This document shows positions 44,423-53,584 of a stretch of 64,000 nucleotides of DNA, piece by piece. Each line of letters begins with the position of its first letter. Position 1 is the stretch's first letter. Source of the stretch: Phycisphaerales bacterium (GTDB lineage: Bacteria; Planctomycetota; Phycisphaerae; Phycisphaerales; UBA1924); the NCBI GenBank assembly GCA_013360695.1, contig JABWBC010000001.1:7684-71683 (forward strand). Direction: 5' to 3'. A program made the position numbers and the translations under genes. The notes under the pieces are model-generated. The model saw nothing but the letters and a program-made list of their open reading frames with translations. It did not search any database and was not told the DNA's origin.

Positions 44423-46030
44423 TCAGGCGGAGCGGGCGAGGCGCTGGGCGATGGGGGCAAGGTCGAGCAGGTTGGGGGGAAAGGTGGGCGTCGGCCCAGC
44501 CTCGCTCTTGTGCGCTTGGGCGGCGGCGACGAAGCCTTTGGCGACCTCGTACACGTTGCCCGCGCCCATCGCGACAACCACATCGCCGTCGTGGCAAATC
44601 GTCTCGAGTTGCTCGATGATCGCGGCGAATGGGTACAGGTGCATCGCGCGGACGCCACGATGGCGCAGGCGATCAACCAGGTCGGCCGCCGTCACCTTGT
44701 GGCGCTCTTCCTCGCTGTCGCGGACGAAGTAGATATCCGGCACGATCACGATGTCGGCCGACGAGAACGACTGGGCGAACTCGTCCAGCAGGTGGCGCGT
44801 GCGTGAGTGCTGGTGCGGCTGAAAGACGCAGATCAGTCGGCCGCCGCGTTCCTCGGGGCGCTCGTGCTCACGCAGCGCGCGGAGCGTGACGTCGACCTCG
44901 GTGGGATGGTGCCCGTAGTCGTCGTAGACACGGACGTTCCCGCCGCTCCGCGACGGACGGACGCCGATGAGCTGCATGCGCCGGTCGATGCCGCGGAACG
45001 ACGCGAGCGATCGAGCGACGGCCAGCGGGTCAGCGCCCGCCAGGGTCGCCAGCACGCACGCGACCGACGAGTTCATGGCATTGTGGGCGCCGGGGATCGC
45101 AAGCTGCCACTGGGCAAAAAACTCGCGCCGGTTGTGGAGCGTCACGCCGCGACTCGCGGGGTCATAGCCCACGACCCAATCGGCGCTGGGGGAGAAGCCG
45201 ATGGTCTGCACGTCGCAGGCAAGCCCGGCCGACACCTCGCGCCGGTGCGCGTTGTCGTGCGCGATTAGCAGCGTGCCGCCCTGCGAAGCGGGGGGCAGAA
45301 GGCTGGCAAAGTGATGGAACGACTCAATGACCGCATCGAGCGTGCCGTAGACATCAAGATGGTCGGCCTCGACCGAGGTGATCGCCGCGAACTGGGGGCG
45401 ATAGTTGTGGAACGAACGGTTGTGCTCGCAGGCCTCGGCGACCAGGATTCCGGGGCGACCGGCCATGCGCCCTTCCGGTATCACGTTCGCGCCCAGTCGG
45501 AAGCCGACGGGCCGGGTGCCGGGCGCGTTGGCACCGTGCAGAAGCTGGGCGGACGTCGCGCCGACGATCACCGTGGGATCAAGCCCCGCGTCGGTCAGAG
45601 CGCAGCCTGTCATGGCGGTGGTCGTCGACTTGCCGTGCGTGCCCGCGACCGCGATCGCGGTGCGCCCCAACATGCACCGACCGAGCGCTTCGGCGTACCA
45701 GATCGCCGGTATGTCGCGCCGGGAGGCCTGGGCAAGTTGGGGATGGTCGGGCCTGATCGCGGCCGAGGCGATCACCAAGTCGCATCGCTCCGGGAGTGGA
45801 TCGGTGAGCTGGCTGAAGGTGACCCGGATCGACTCGGCGGCCAGGGCGGCGGTCGCCTCCGACGGGCTGTTGTCCGACCCCTGCACGATCGCGCCACGGG
45901 AAGCGAGCATCCGGGCCAGACCCGACATGCCGCAGCCGCCGATTCCGATCATGTAGACATGGCGGCCGGCGACGTCAAAGGCATCGCTCGGGGACGAAAA
46001 CGCATCGGGAGCAAGGGGAGGAGTCACCAT
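44423..46030 (-). CDS. murC: UDP-N-acetylmuramate--L-alanine ligase
   Basis: Trimmed to ATG 46030. IGIGGCGMSGLA, VAGTHGKSTTT, DDYGHHPTE. It has a ~40-aa C-terminal extension. Confidence 0.9.
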   Translation of the reverse strand: MVTPPLAPDAFSSPSDAFDVAGRHVYMIGIGGCGMSGLARMLASRGAIVQGSDNSPSEATAALAAESIRVTFSQLTDPLPERCDLVIASAAIRPDHPQLAQASRRDIPAIWYAEALGRCMLGRTAIAVAGTHGKSTTTAMTGCALTDAGLDPTVIVGATSAQLLHGANAPGTRPVGFRLGANVIPEGRMAGRPGILVAEACEHNRSFHNYRPQFAAITSVEADHLDVYGTLDAVIESFHHFASLLPPASQGGTLLIAHDNAHRREVSAGLACDVQTIGFSPSADWVVGYDPASRGVTLHNRREFFAQWQLAIPGAHNAMNSSVACVLATLAGADPLAVARSLASFRGIDRRMQLIGVRPSRSGGNVRVYDDYGHHPTEVDVTLRALREHERPEERGGRLICVFQPHQHSRTRHLLDEFAQSFSSADIVIVPDIYFVRDSEEERHKVTAADLVDRLRHRGVRAMHLYPFAAIIEQLETICHDGDVVVAMGAGNVYEVAKGFVAAAQAHKSEAGPTPTFPPNLLDLAPIAQRLARSA

Positions 46031-46102
46031 CGCAGAGGGTATCGGACACGCGGGCTTTGGAGCGTGAAAGCCGGGCGAGTTGTTGCGTTGTATCCTCGTT
46101 CC

Positions 46103-46648
46103 ATGAACGTCACCGGCTCGTCCGAGTCTCTCCCCTACCGCATCGCGTGCCTGTGCGACCTCCGCGACGAGCACGGGCGGATCCTGCTGCTCCGCAGGGC
46201 CAAATCACCAAACATGGGGTTGTGCTCGCCGATCGGGGGCAAGCTGGATGTCGAAACCGGCGAGTCGCCCGCCCAATGCGCCCAGCGCGAGATCATGGAG
46301 GAGGCCGGTATCGAGGTTTCCATCGAACGCCTGCACCTGATCGGGCTGGTCAGCGAGCAGGCGTTTGAGGGCAAAGGGCACTGGCTGATGTTCGTCTACC
46401 GGGTGCTGGGCCCGGTCGAGGTGACGCGGACGCAGATTCGTGAGGGCACGCTGGAGTGGTTCGAGCCCTCCGAGATCGACGCCCTTCCCCTTCCCGAAAC
46501 CGACCGGCTGATTATCTGGCCGCTGATGCGAAGGCACGATTCGAGCGGCCCGGGCGGAAGACCTGGGTTCTTCGCCGTCCACATCGACTGCCGGACTCCC
46601 GAACTCCGCTGGAGCGTCGAGCAGGAATCGCCGACGCCCTCGCGCTAA
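46103..46648 (+). CDS. NUDIX hydrolase
   Basis: Trimmed from ORF 45311..46648 to ATG 46103. Nudix box GGKLDVETGESPAQCAQREIMEEAGI. Confidence 0.8.
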   Translation: MNVTGSSESLPYRIACLCDLRDEHGRILLLRRAKSPNMGLCSPIGGKLDVETGESPAQCAQREIMEEAGIEVSIERLHLIGLVSEQAFEGKGHWLMFVYRVLGPVEVTRTQIREGTLEWFEPSEIDALPLPETDRLIIWPLMRRHDSSGPGGRPGFFAVHIDCRTPELRWSVEQESPTPSR

Positions 46649-46707
46649 GGCCAACGCCGGAAACCCGGTTGTGAATCGAATCCCCGCCGGTCCCGTATAC
46701 TGATGGC

Positions 46708-48729
46708 GTGAAGACGCACCGCAATCTCGCGCCGGCCAGGGATGGCTCGCACCGCCCGATTCTCGCGTGGGTCATCCGCTGCATTCTGCTTCTGTGCGGG
46801 CTGGGTTCCATCGCCTACGGCCAGGCGTCGGCCCAGGTTCCCCAGGCGGGCCAGCCGACGGCGATTCCGGCCTCCCGTCAGGCAAAGAACCTCGCGGTCA
46901 TCACGGTCAAGGGACCGATCTCGGCGCTGACCTTCAAAAGCATCGAGCGCCGACTGCAGTTGGCCCGACGCGCCGGGGCCGACGCGGTCGTCATCGAACT
47001 TGACACGCCCGGCGGCGAACTCGGGGCGGCCTTGGACATCACGTCGCTCCTCAAACGCTCCGACACTCCCATCCCCAACACCGTCGCGTGGGTTCATCCG
47101 AACGCGTTCTCGGCGGGGTCCGTGATCGCCCTGGCCTGCCGCGAAATTGTCGTCAGCGAGGGCGTGAACTTCGGCGATGCGCTCGTCATCGCGACCAACC
47201 GCGACGGCTCGCTCAAGAACCTGAAAGAGGCGGAACGCCAGAAACTCACCGCCCCCCTGCTCTCCGACGTGGTCGACTCAGCTCGCCTCCGCGGCTATGA
47301 CGAGTACCTCGTCCAGGGGTTCGTCACGCTCGGCGTCGCGCTCTGGCAGGTCGAGAACATCCAGACCGGGCAGCGGCTATTCGTGAACGCCAAAGAATAT
47401 GAACTGCTCTTCGGGCAACCTCCCGCCGACACGCGGCCCCGGGTGCCCAGCGCCCCTCCCGGCGAAACCGCCCGCAAAGTCTTCTCAGGTCGAGAAGAAA
47501 GGGCGGCGAGAAAAGACGCGTCCAAAGACGGAACGCCGGCACAAGGCAAGCCCGCCGCCGACGCCGAATCTCCCGCGGAGACTTCGCCAACGCCTGATCA
47601 ACCCTCGCCCGACGGCACGCCGAGTCCCAACACCGTAACCGGCGAGAAGAAGGACTCCCAGAACGCGACGAACGCGGGAGGGACCCAGACGGCGCCGCCC
47701 CCCGGCCCGCCGCCCGAGCACCAATTGATCGACCCCTCCACCGCCGTCAAGCCCGCGTCGCCCGCGGTTGCAAACGTCGCGGTCGATGCATCGGCCACGC
47801 AGTCGCTCGCGCCTCAGCGCCCCGAGTTCTCGCTGGCGGATCAGGGCAAGTATCGCCTCGTCGAGTACGTCGCCGACGGCAACGGGCCGCTGATTCTGAA
47901 AACCGCGGACATGGAGCGCTACGGCCTGGCGCGACAGGTCGTGCGAAACGACGCGGAACTCCTGGCGTTCTTCGGTGCGAAAAACCTGCGCCGTCTCGAT
48001 CCAACCTGGTCCGAGGGATTGGTGGCGTTCCTCACCAACCCCATCGTGCGTGGCGTGCTGATCGTGATCTTCCTGATCTCGCTCTTCCTCGAAATGTCCC
48101 ACCCGGGCGTGACCCTGCCGGGGCTGGTCGCGGGCGTCTCGCTGGTCGCGCTGCTTGCCCCACCGCTCATCATCGGCATGGCAAACTGGTGGGAGGTGGC
48201 GGCGATCGCCTCGGGCATCCTGCTCATCGCGCTGGAGATCTTCGTGATCCCCGGCTTTGGCATCACCGGCATCCTCGGCGTCTTGCTGCTGTTCGCGGGG
48301 CTCATCGGCACGTTCGTACCCAGCGGCTCCGACAGCCTCTTCCCCGACTCGCCCCAGGCACGCAGCGAACTTCTCTACGGAGTCGCCACCGTCGCAATGG
48401 CGGTCGCGACCTCGATGGTCGGCTGCTACTTCCTGGCCAAGCACTTCGGCTCGCTCCCGGTCATCGGGAAGCTGGTGCTCAGGAGTTCCCCCGCGAACGA
48501 GGTGGACGAGGGCCTGTTCGCCGCCATCGCGCCGGGCGACGGGGACGTGCGCGTCGGGCAGGTGGGCATCGCGATCACACCCCTGCGCCCTTCCGGTAAG
48601 ATGCAGGCGGGTGACAAGATCATCGACGTGGTCGCCCAGATGGGGTTCATCGCGCCTGGCGCGAAGGTGCGGGTCGTGGTGGTGACGGAGTTCCGCATCG
48701 AGGTCGAAGCGGTCGAGGGCAACGCGTGA
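46708..48729 (+). CDS. NfeD-family membrane-bound ClpP-class serine protease (long form)
   Basis: GTG start. Signal/anchor, then VVIELDTPGGEL and NAFSAGSVIALAC (ClpP-like). A low-complexity insert is followed by ~5 TM helices and a C-terminal NfeD OB-fold (VGIAITPLRPSGKMQAGDKIIDVV). Confidence 0.75.
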   Translation: MKTHRNLAPARDGSHRPILAWVIRCILLLCGLGSIAYGQASAQVPQAGQPTAIPASRQAKNLAVITVKGPISALTFKSIERRLQLARRAGADAVVIELDTPGGELGAALDITSLLKRSDTPIPNTVAWVHPNAFSAGSVIALACREIVVSEGVNFGDALVIATNRDGSLKNLKEAERQKLTAPLLSDVVDSARLRGYDEYLVQGFVTLGVALWQVENIQTGQRLFVNAKEYELLFGQPPADTRPRVPSAPPGETARKVFSGREERAARKDASKDGTPAQGKPAADAESPAETSPTPDQPSPDGTPSPNTVTGEKKDSQNATNAGGTQTAPPPGPPPEHQLIDPSTAVKPASPAVANVAVDASATQSLAPQRPEFSLADQGKYRLVEYVADGNGPLILKTADMERYGLARQVVRNDAELLAFFGAKNLRRLDPTWSEGLVAFLTNPIVRGVLIVIFLISLFLEMSHPGVTLPGLVAGVSLVALLAPPLIIGMANWWEVAAIASGILLIALEIFVIPGFGITGILGVLLLFAGLIGTFVPSGSDSLFPDSPQARSELLYGVATVAMAVATSMVGCYFLAKHFGSLPVIGKLVLRSSPANEVDEGLFAAIAPGDGDVRVGQVGIAITPLRPSGKMQAGDKIIDVVAQMGFIAPGAKVRVVVVTEFRIEVEAVEGNA

Positions 48730-49229
48730 TGGAACCGAAACTGCTCTGGGGACTGGGGCTGATCGGCGCGTCCCTGCTCCTGCTCTTGCTCGAAGTTTTC
48801 ATCCCGTCGATGGGCGTCCTTTTCGTAGCCGCGATCGTGGTCGCGCTGGCGGGCGTGGTCACGTTGTTCACCTATGACCCGATGTGGGGCGTCTCGGGCC
48901 TGCTCGCCGTGCTCGTGCTCGGTCCGATGATCGGTTATTTCGGGCTGAACATCTGGAAGAACACCCCGATCGGACGCCGGATGATCGGCTCAAAGTCTGA
49001 GGCCGAGGTTGAAGAAGAGAAGCAGGCCGAGCTGCGCCAGCGCGATCAAATGCTGGCGCTGGTCGGCATGGAGGGCGAGACGCTCACGGACCTGCGCCCG
49101 GTCGGCGTGGCTCGCTTCGAAGGAAAACGCTTGGACGTGACGGCCGAACTGGGCCTGATCCCCCGCGGCTCCCGCGTGCGGATCAGCGAGGTCGAGGGTA
49201 ACCTGATCAAGGTCCGACAGATCAGCTGA
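48726..49229 (+). CDS. NfeD-like short form (2-3 TM plus OB-fold)
   Basis: The start overlaps the upstream stop. TM helices are followed by GETLTDLRPVGVARFEGKRLDVTAELGLIPRGSRVRISEVEGNLIKV, typical of the NfeD C-terminal domain. Confidence 0.7.
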   Translation: MMEPKLLWGLGLIGASLLLLLLEVFIPSMGVLFVAAIVVALAGVVTLFTYDPMWGVSGLLAVLVLGPMIGYFGLNIWKNTPIGRRMIGSKSEAEVEEEKQAELRQRDQMLALVGMEGETLTDLRPVGVARFEGKRLDVTAELGLIPRGSRVRISEVEGNLIKVRQIS

Positions 49230-49313
49230 ACGCCCGCGGCTGGCGAGCGACATGTAGCCTGAATACCCTCTGTCGCGCCCGCGCTTCACGCCGGGTGGAG
49301 AAGGAGCCTCCCG

Positions 49314-50369
49314 ATGCCGTCCTTTGCACATCTGCTGGCGCAGTCCTCGTCAACCAATACGAACCTCATCCTCATTGTGGTCGGCATCGTCGCGGCGATT
49401 GTCGCGCTGGTCATCCTGATCGTCGTCGGGCAGTTCATCAGCCTCTACATCCAGGCCTTCCTCTCCAACGCCCACGTCGGGATGCTCGAAATCATCGGCA
49501 TGCGTCTGCGGAAGGTGGACATACGCACCGTAGTCTTCAGCCGAATCCGCGCCGTCAAGGCCGGCCTTGACATCCCCACCAACGCGCTCGAGACGCACTA
49601 CCTCGCGGGCGGGCGCGTGCCAAACGTCATCACCGCGATGATCTCCGCCAAGGGCGCCAAGATCGACCTGCCCTGGTCGACCTCCACCGCCATCGACCTG
49701 GCCGGACGCGACATCCTCGACGCCGTGCATACGTCGGTGAACCCGAAGGTCATTGACTGCCCGAGCGGTGTGGGTCCTCGCACGACCATCGACGCCGTCG
49801 CCAAGGACGGCATCCAGCTCAAGGTTAAGGCCCGTGTCACCGTGCGCACCAACATCGCTCGTCTCGTCGGCGGCGCCACCGAAGAGACCATCATCGCCCG
49901 CGTCGGTCAGGGCATCGTCTCCACGATCGGCTCGGCCCACGACCACAAGGCCGTGCTCGAAAACCCCGACGACATCTCGCGCAAGGTGATGAACACGGGC
50001 CTGGACGCGGGGACGGCGTTCGAGATTCTGTCGATTGACATCGCGGACATCGACGTGGGCGACAACATCGGCGCCAAGCTCCAGGCCGACCAGGCGAACG
50101 CGGACAAGCAGCGATTCCAGGCCGAGGCCGAGAAGCGCCGAGCGCTGGCGATGGCGCTGGAGCAGGAAAATCGCGCGAAGATCGAAGAAAACCGGGCGGT
50201 TCTGGTGCTTGCGGAAGCGGAAATTCCCAAGGCGATGGCCGAGGCGCTCAAGACCGGCAACCTTGGCGCCCTCGATTTCTATCGACTCAAGAACATCCAG
50301 GCGGACACGCAGATGCGCCAAACGTTCGGGCGCGATACCGGCTCGGGACAGCAGGCGCCGCGGGGCTGA
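49314..50369 (+). CDS. floA: Flotillin-like protein FloA (UPF0365/YqfA family)
   Basis: N-terminal TM helix, then [28 protein letters not shown] and LEAHYLAGG-like [17 protein letters not shown]-related body with an Ala/Glu-rich coiled coil. Follows the NfeD genes as in Bacillus yqeZ-yqfA. Confidence 0.85.
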   Translation: MPSFAHLLAQSSSTNTNLILIVVGIVAAIVALVILIVVGQFISLYIQAFLSNAHVGMLEIIGMRLRKVDIRTVVFSRIRAVKAGLDIPTNALETHYLAGGRVPNVITAMISAKGAKIDLPWSTSTAIDLAGRDILDAVHTSVNPKVIDCPSGVGPRTTIDAVAKDGIQLKVKARVTVRTNIARLVGGATEETIIARVGQGIVSTIGSAHDHKAVLENPDDISRKVMNTGLDAGTAFEILSIDIADIDVGDNIGAKLQADQANADKQRFQAEAEKRRALAMALEQENRAKIEENRAVLVLAEAEIPKAMAEALKTGNLGALDFYRLKNIQADTQMRQTFGRDTGSGQQAPRG

Positions 50370-50502
50370 CGCGGGTCCGCCACGCCGGGGCGCGCGGGGA
50401 ACTTCACTCCCCGCCGCACGTCTATCATTCACCGAACAGAGCCGGCCGATGGAGCGCCCGGAGAGTTGCCGTGCGCCGGCGGGGCCATGACGGAGAACTC
50501 CC

Positions 50503-51642
50503 ATGTTTCGACGGATCGCGTTCTTGTCCGCGGCGTTGATCGTTTCCGCCGGCGCCGCCACCGCGCTGGCACAGGATTCCAAAGCGGCCCCCGCCAACAC
50601 GGAAGCCGCCCAGCCCAAGGCCGAAATCAAGAAGATCGGGATCGGCGACAAGGCGCCCGACCTCAAGATCAGCACCTGGGTCAAGGGCGAGCCAATCACC
50701 GAGTTCCGGCGCGACCAGGTCTACGTCGTCGAGTTCTGGGCGACGTGGTGCGGCCCGTGCATCGCGGGCATGCCTCACGTCTCGGAGGTCCAGAAGGAAT
50801 ACAAGGATAAGAACGTCCGCGTCATCGGCGTGAACATCTGGGACGAACCCAAGAACGTTGAGCCCTTCATGAAGGACAAGGGCGGCAACGACAAGATGCA
50901 GTACACCGTCGCGATCGAGGAAAAATACGAGGGCGAAAAGAACGTCCGCAACGGCAAGATGTCGGCGGAGTGGATGAAGGCCGCCGGTCAGAACGGCATC
51001 CCGACCGCGTTCATCGTTGACAAGTCGGGCACGATCGCGTGGATCGGGCACCCCATGAGCATGGACGAGCCCCTCAAGGAAGTCGTCGCCGGCACATGGG
51101 ACATCAAGGCCGCGGCCGAAAGGTCGAAGAAGCAGGCCGAGAACGAGGGCAAGCTTGAGAAGGTCTACGCCGAGATCAGCGCCGCCGCGGAAGCCAAGGA
51201 CGTGGCCAAGCTCAAGAAGCTCATGGCGGAGATGAAGGAACTCTCGGGCATGTCAGACGACGACATGGCCGGAACGGCGTTCTCGCTGTACATGAAGGCC
51301 GGCGCTTCCAGCGAGGCCTACGCGGCGGCCAAGGCTGCGATCGCCGGCAAGGGTCGGAAGAATGCCATGCTGATGAACTCGATCGCTTGGACGATCGTGG
51401 ACCCGGAAAACCCCGTCGAGAAGCCGGACTACGACGTGGCCCTCTCCGCGGGCGAGGCGGCCTTTGAGGCTTCGGGCGGCAAGGACCCCGCGATTCTTGA
51501 CACCTACGCGACCTGCCTCTTCAAGAAAGGCCAGGTCGACAAGGCGATCGAGATTCAGTCCAAGGCGGCCGGACTCGCCGACGGCGACATGAAGTCGGAA
51601 CTCGAGGCCCGTCTCGAGGAGTTCAAGAAGGCCAAGAAGTAA
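50503..51642 (+). CDS. Exported thioredoxin-fold (TlpA/redoxin-like, WCGPC) protein with a helical-repeat C-terminal domain, paralog A
   Basis: Signal peptide MFRRIAFLSAALIVSAGAATALAQ. VVEFWATWCGPC (50746-50760), GIPTAFIVDKSGTIAWIGHP, then a ~190-aa Ala/Lys-rich helical (TPR-like) region. Confidence 0.8.
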   Translation: MFRRIAFLSAALIVSAGAATALAQDSKAAPANTEAAQPKAEIKKIGIGDKAPDLKISTWVKGEPITEFRRDQVYVVEFWATWCGPCIAGMPHVSEVQKEYKDKNVRVIGVNIWDEPKNVEPFMKDKGGNDKMQYTVAIEEKYEGEKNVRNGKMSAEWMKAAGQNGIPTAFIVDKSGTIAWIGHPMSMDEPLKEVVAGTWDIKAAAERSKKQAENEGKLEKVYAEISAAAEAKDVAKLKKLMAEMKELSGMSDDDMAGTAFSLYMKAGASSEAYAAAKAAIAGKGRKNAMLMNSIAWTIVDPENPVEKPDYDVALSAGEAAFEASGGKDPAILDTYATCLFKKGQVDKAIEIQSKAAGLADGDMKSELEARLEEFKKAKK

Positions 51643-51690
51643 TCGTTGAGATTCACGGGCGGGCGATCGAAGGATCGTCCGCTCGCTTGC

Positions 51691-52932
51691 ATGCGCCACC
51701 GGCGGATCATTCTCTCGCTCATCTCGCTTGTGTGTCTCTCAAGCGAGGGCGACGCTTCCGCACAGAATCGCCGCTACGTCGAGGGACAGCCATCCACGCT
51801 CCGCGACTCGGTCCGTGCTTCGGACCCCGACTCTCGCAACACCCCCTCACTCTCCGGGCCGTATGCGCCCCGGCTCTTGCCGGGTTCGCGTGCTCCCTCG
51901 CTCCCGGCCCTGACTGTGGTCCGCGGCGGTGAGATCAAGGAACCGCCGCCGGGCGTGGTAACGATCGTCGAGTTCTGGGCGTCGTGGTGCCCAAACTGCC
52001 GCGATCGCGCGTTCCAGGTCGGCGAGCTCGAACGCAAGTATCCGGGAAGGGTGCGAGAGATTGTTATCGTCACACCCGATCGATTCGGGAGCAGCGAGGC
52101 GGGCGCGCGTGAACTGGCTCAACTCGCCACGGGCGCCGACGCGCTCGGCTCGATCGCCTGGGACGCCACGAGCGCCACGCGATCGGCCTGGCTCACCCCC
52201 TCGCGCCGCGCCACGGTGCCCAGCGCCTTCGTCGTCAACGCCGACGGCCTCGTCGCGTGGATCGGGCATCCGGCGGACATGGAAAGCCCGATCGAGAACG
52301 TCATCTCCGGCGAATGGGACATCGGCGCGGCGACGGAGGACTACGCGCTCCGGTTCCGCGATTCGGCCTGGCGGGACGACGCGAGCCTGCGCTACCGCTC
52401 GGCCGCCAGCGCCGGGCGGCGCGAAGACATGCTGCGGGCGCTCGATGATCTGGACCTCTTCGATCCCTCGGTCGCGGGACAGACGGCGGCGGATTCGATC
52501 CGGCGCTTGGTGGTCGACGCACGTCCGTTTGCGCTCGAACTGGCGCTCTTGACCGAGAAGGCCGTGTGGACTCTTGATCCCAGGCTCCTCAACGACCTTG
52601 CGTGGTATCTGCTCAACACCGACCAACCCACCGACGACGAGGTCATCGCCGCCCGGCGCATGGCCGAACGCGCCAGCGAGCGCAGCTCACGCGAGGACGG
52701 CATGATCGAGGACACGCTGGCGCTCGCGCTCTACCGCGACGGAGATCGCGACGCGGCCATCGAAACCCAGGAACGCGCGATCCGCCTGATCGGCACACGC
52801 ACCAGCGGCGGCTCCCAGCCCGTCGATGAGTTCCAGAAGCGTCTCCGAATGTATCAGGAGAGCGAGCCGGTCACCACCCGTCAACGCAAGCGTGCTCGCG
52901 AGCAGGACGGGCAAGGTCGGCTCCAGCAGTAG
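51691..52932 (+). CDS. Exported thioredoxin-fold (WCPNC) protein with a helical-repeat C-terminal domain, paralog B
   Basis: Trimmed to ATG 51691 (MRHRRIILSLISLVCLSS...). IVEFWASWCPNC (51985-51999), VPSAFVVNADGLVAWIGHP. The C-terminal helical region is colinear with paralog A. Confidence 0.7.
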   Translation: MRHRRIILSLISLVCLSSEGDASAQNRRYVEGQPSTLRDSVRASDPDSRNTPSLSGPYAPRLLPGSRAPSLPALTVVRGGEIKEPPPGVVTIVEFWASWCPNCRDRAFQVGELERKYPGRVREIVIVTPDRFGSSEAGARELAQLATGADALGSIAWDATSATRSAWLTPSRRATVPSAFVVNADGLVAWIGHPADMESPIENVISGEWDIGAATEDYALRFRDSAWRDDASLRYRSAASAGRREDMLRALDDLDLFDPSVAGQTAADSIRRLVVDARPFALELALLTEKAVWTLDPRLLNDLAWYLLNTDQPTDDEVIAARRMAERASERSSREDGMIEDTLALALYRDGDRDAAIETQERAIRLIGTRTSGGSQPVDEFQKRLRMYQESEPVTTRQRKRAREQDGQGRLQQ

Positions 52933-52942
52933 CACCGGCCCT

Positions 52943-53584
52943 CTACTTCGCGCCGGAATCGGGCGAGCCCTTCGCGGCCCGATCGATCAATTCACAAACC
53001 CGCGCCTGCCGGAACCCCTCGTCGGTCATGATCGACACCGGCGCCGGACGCTCAACGATTTCGCGCCGAGCCACGCGATCGCCCGAGCGCGCGAGGGTCT
53101 CCGCCGGCGAAGCGGCGGACTCGGCGGCGCTCGGAACAGCTCGCACGGACCGGTCAACATACGTCGGGCCGCGCCGGATCGCGGGGGGCGGCGAAGAGAA
53201 GAGGTCGTCGGGGAGGCCGCCGATGTAAAAGATGGTGCCGGCGGGGATCTCGGGGATCACGCCGTCCCGCGTGGGGGCGTACTGCGAACGCGGAAACACC
53301 GCCGTGATCGCGCCCGACGAGCGCGCGTAGCGCTGATTGAGCATCGATCGCCCCGGCTCCACGACGCGAAAAACGCGATCGAAGCCCAGAGGCAGACGCA
53401 GGTCGAGCGGCTGGACATTGGCGGGCGCCGCCAGAGGATTGGCGTCGACCGTTCCTTGCGGCACGGGCTGAAGCGGAGGCTCGAAGCTCGGCGACGAAGC
53501 AAGCCCCAGTGCGCACAGAACCACGAGGGGCCCGATCGCTCCGGCGGCGGGCCCCGTTCCACGCACTGGCATCCGCCGGTTCAT
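52943..53584 (-). CDS. Hypothetical exported protein (213 aa)
   Basis: Signal-like AIGPLVVLCALGLASSPS. Its ATG overlaps the stop of the TonB-like gene (ATGA at 53584-53581). No motifs recognised. Confidence 0.5.
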   Translation of the reverse strand: MNRRMPVRGTGPAAGAIGPLVVLCALGLASSPSFEPPLQPVPQGTVDANPLAAPANVQPLDLRLPLGFDRVFRVVEPGRSMLNQRYARSSGAITAVFPRSQYAPTRDGVIPEIPAGTIFYIGGLPDDLFSSPPPAIRRGPTYVDRSVRAVPSAAESAASPAETLARSGDRVARREIVERPAPVSIMTDEGFRQARVCELIDRAAKGSPDSGAK

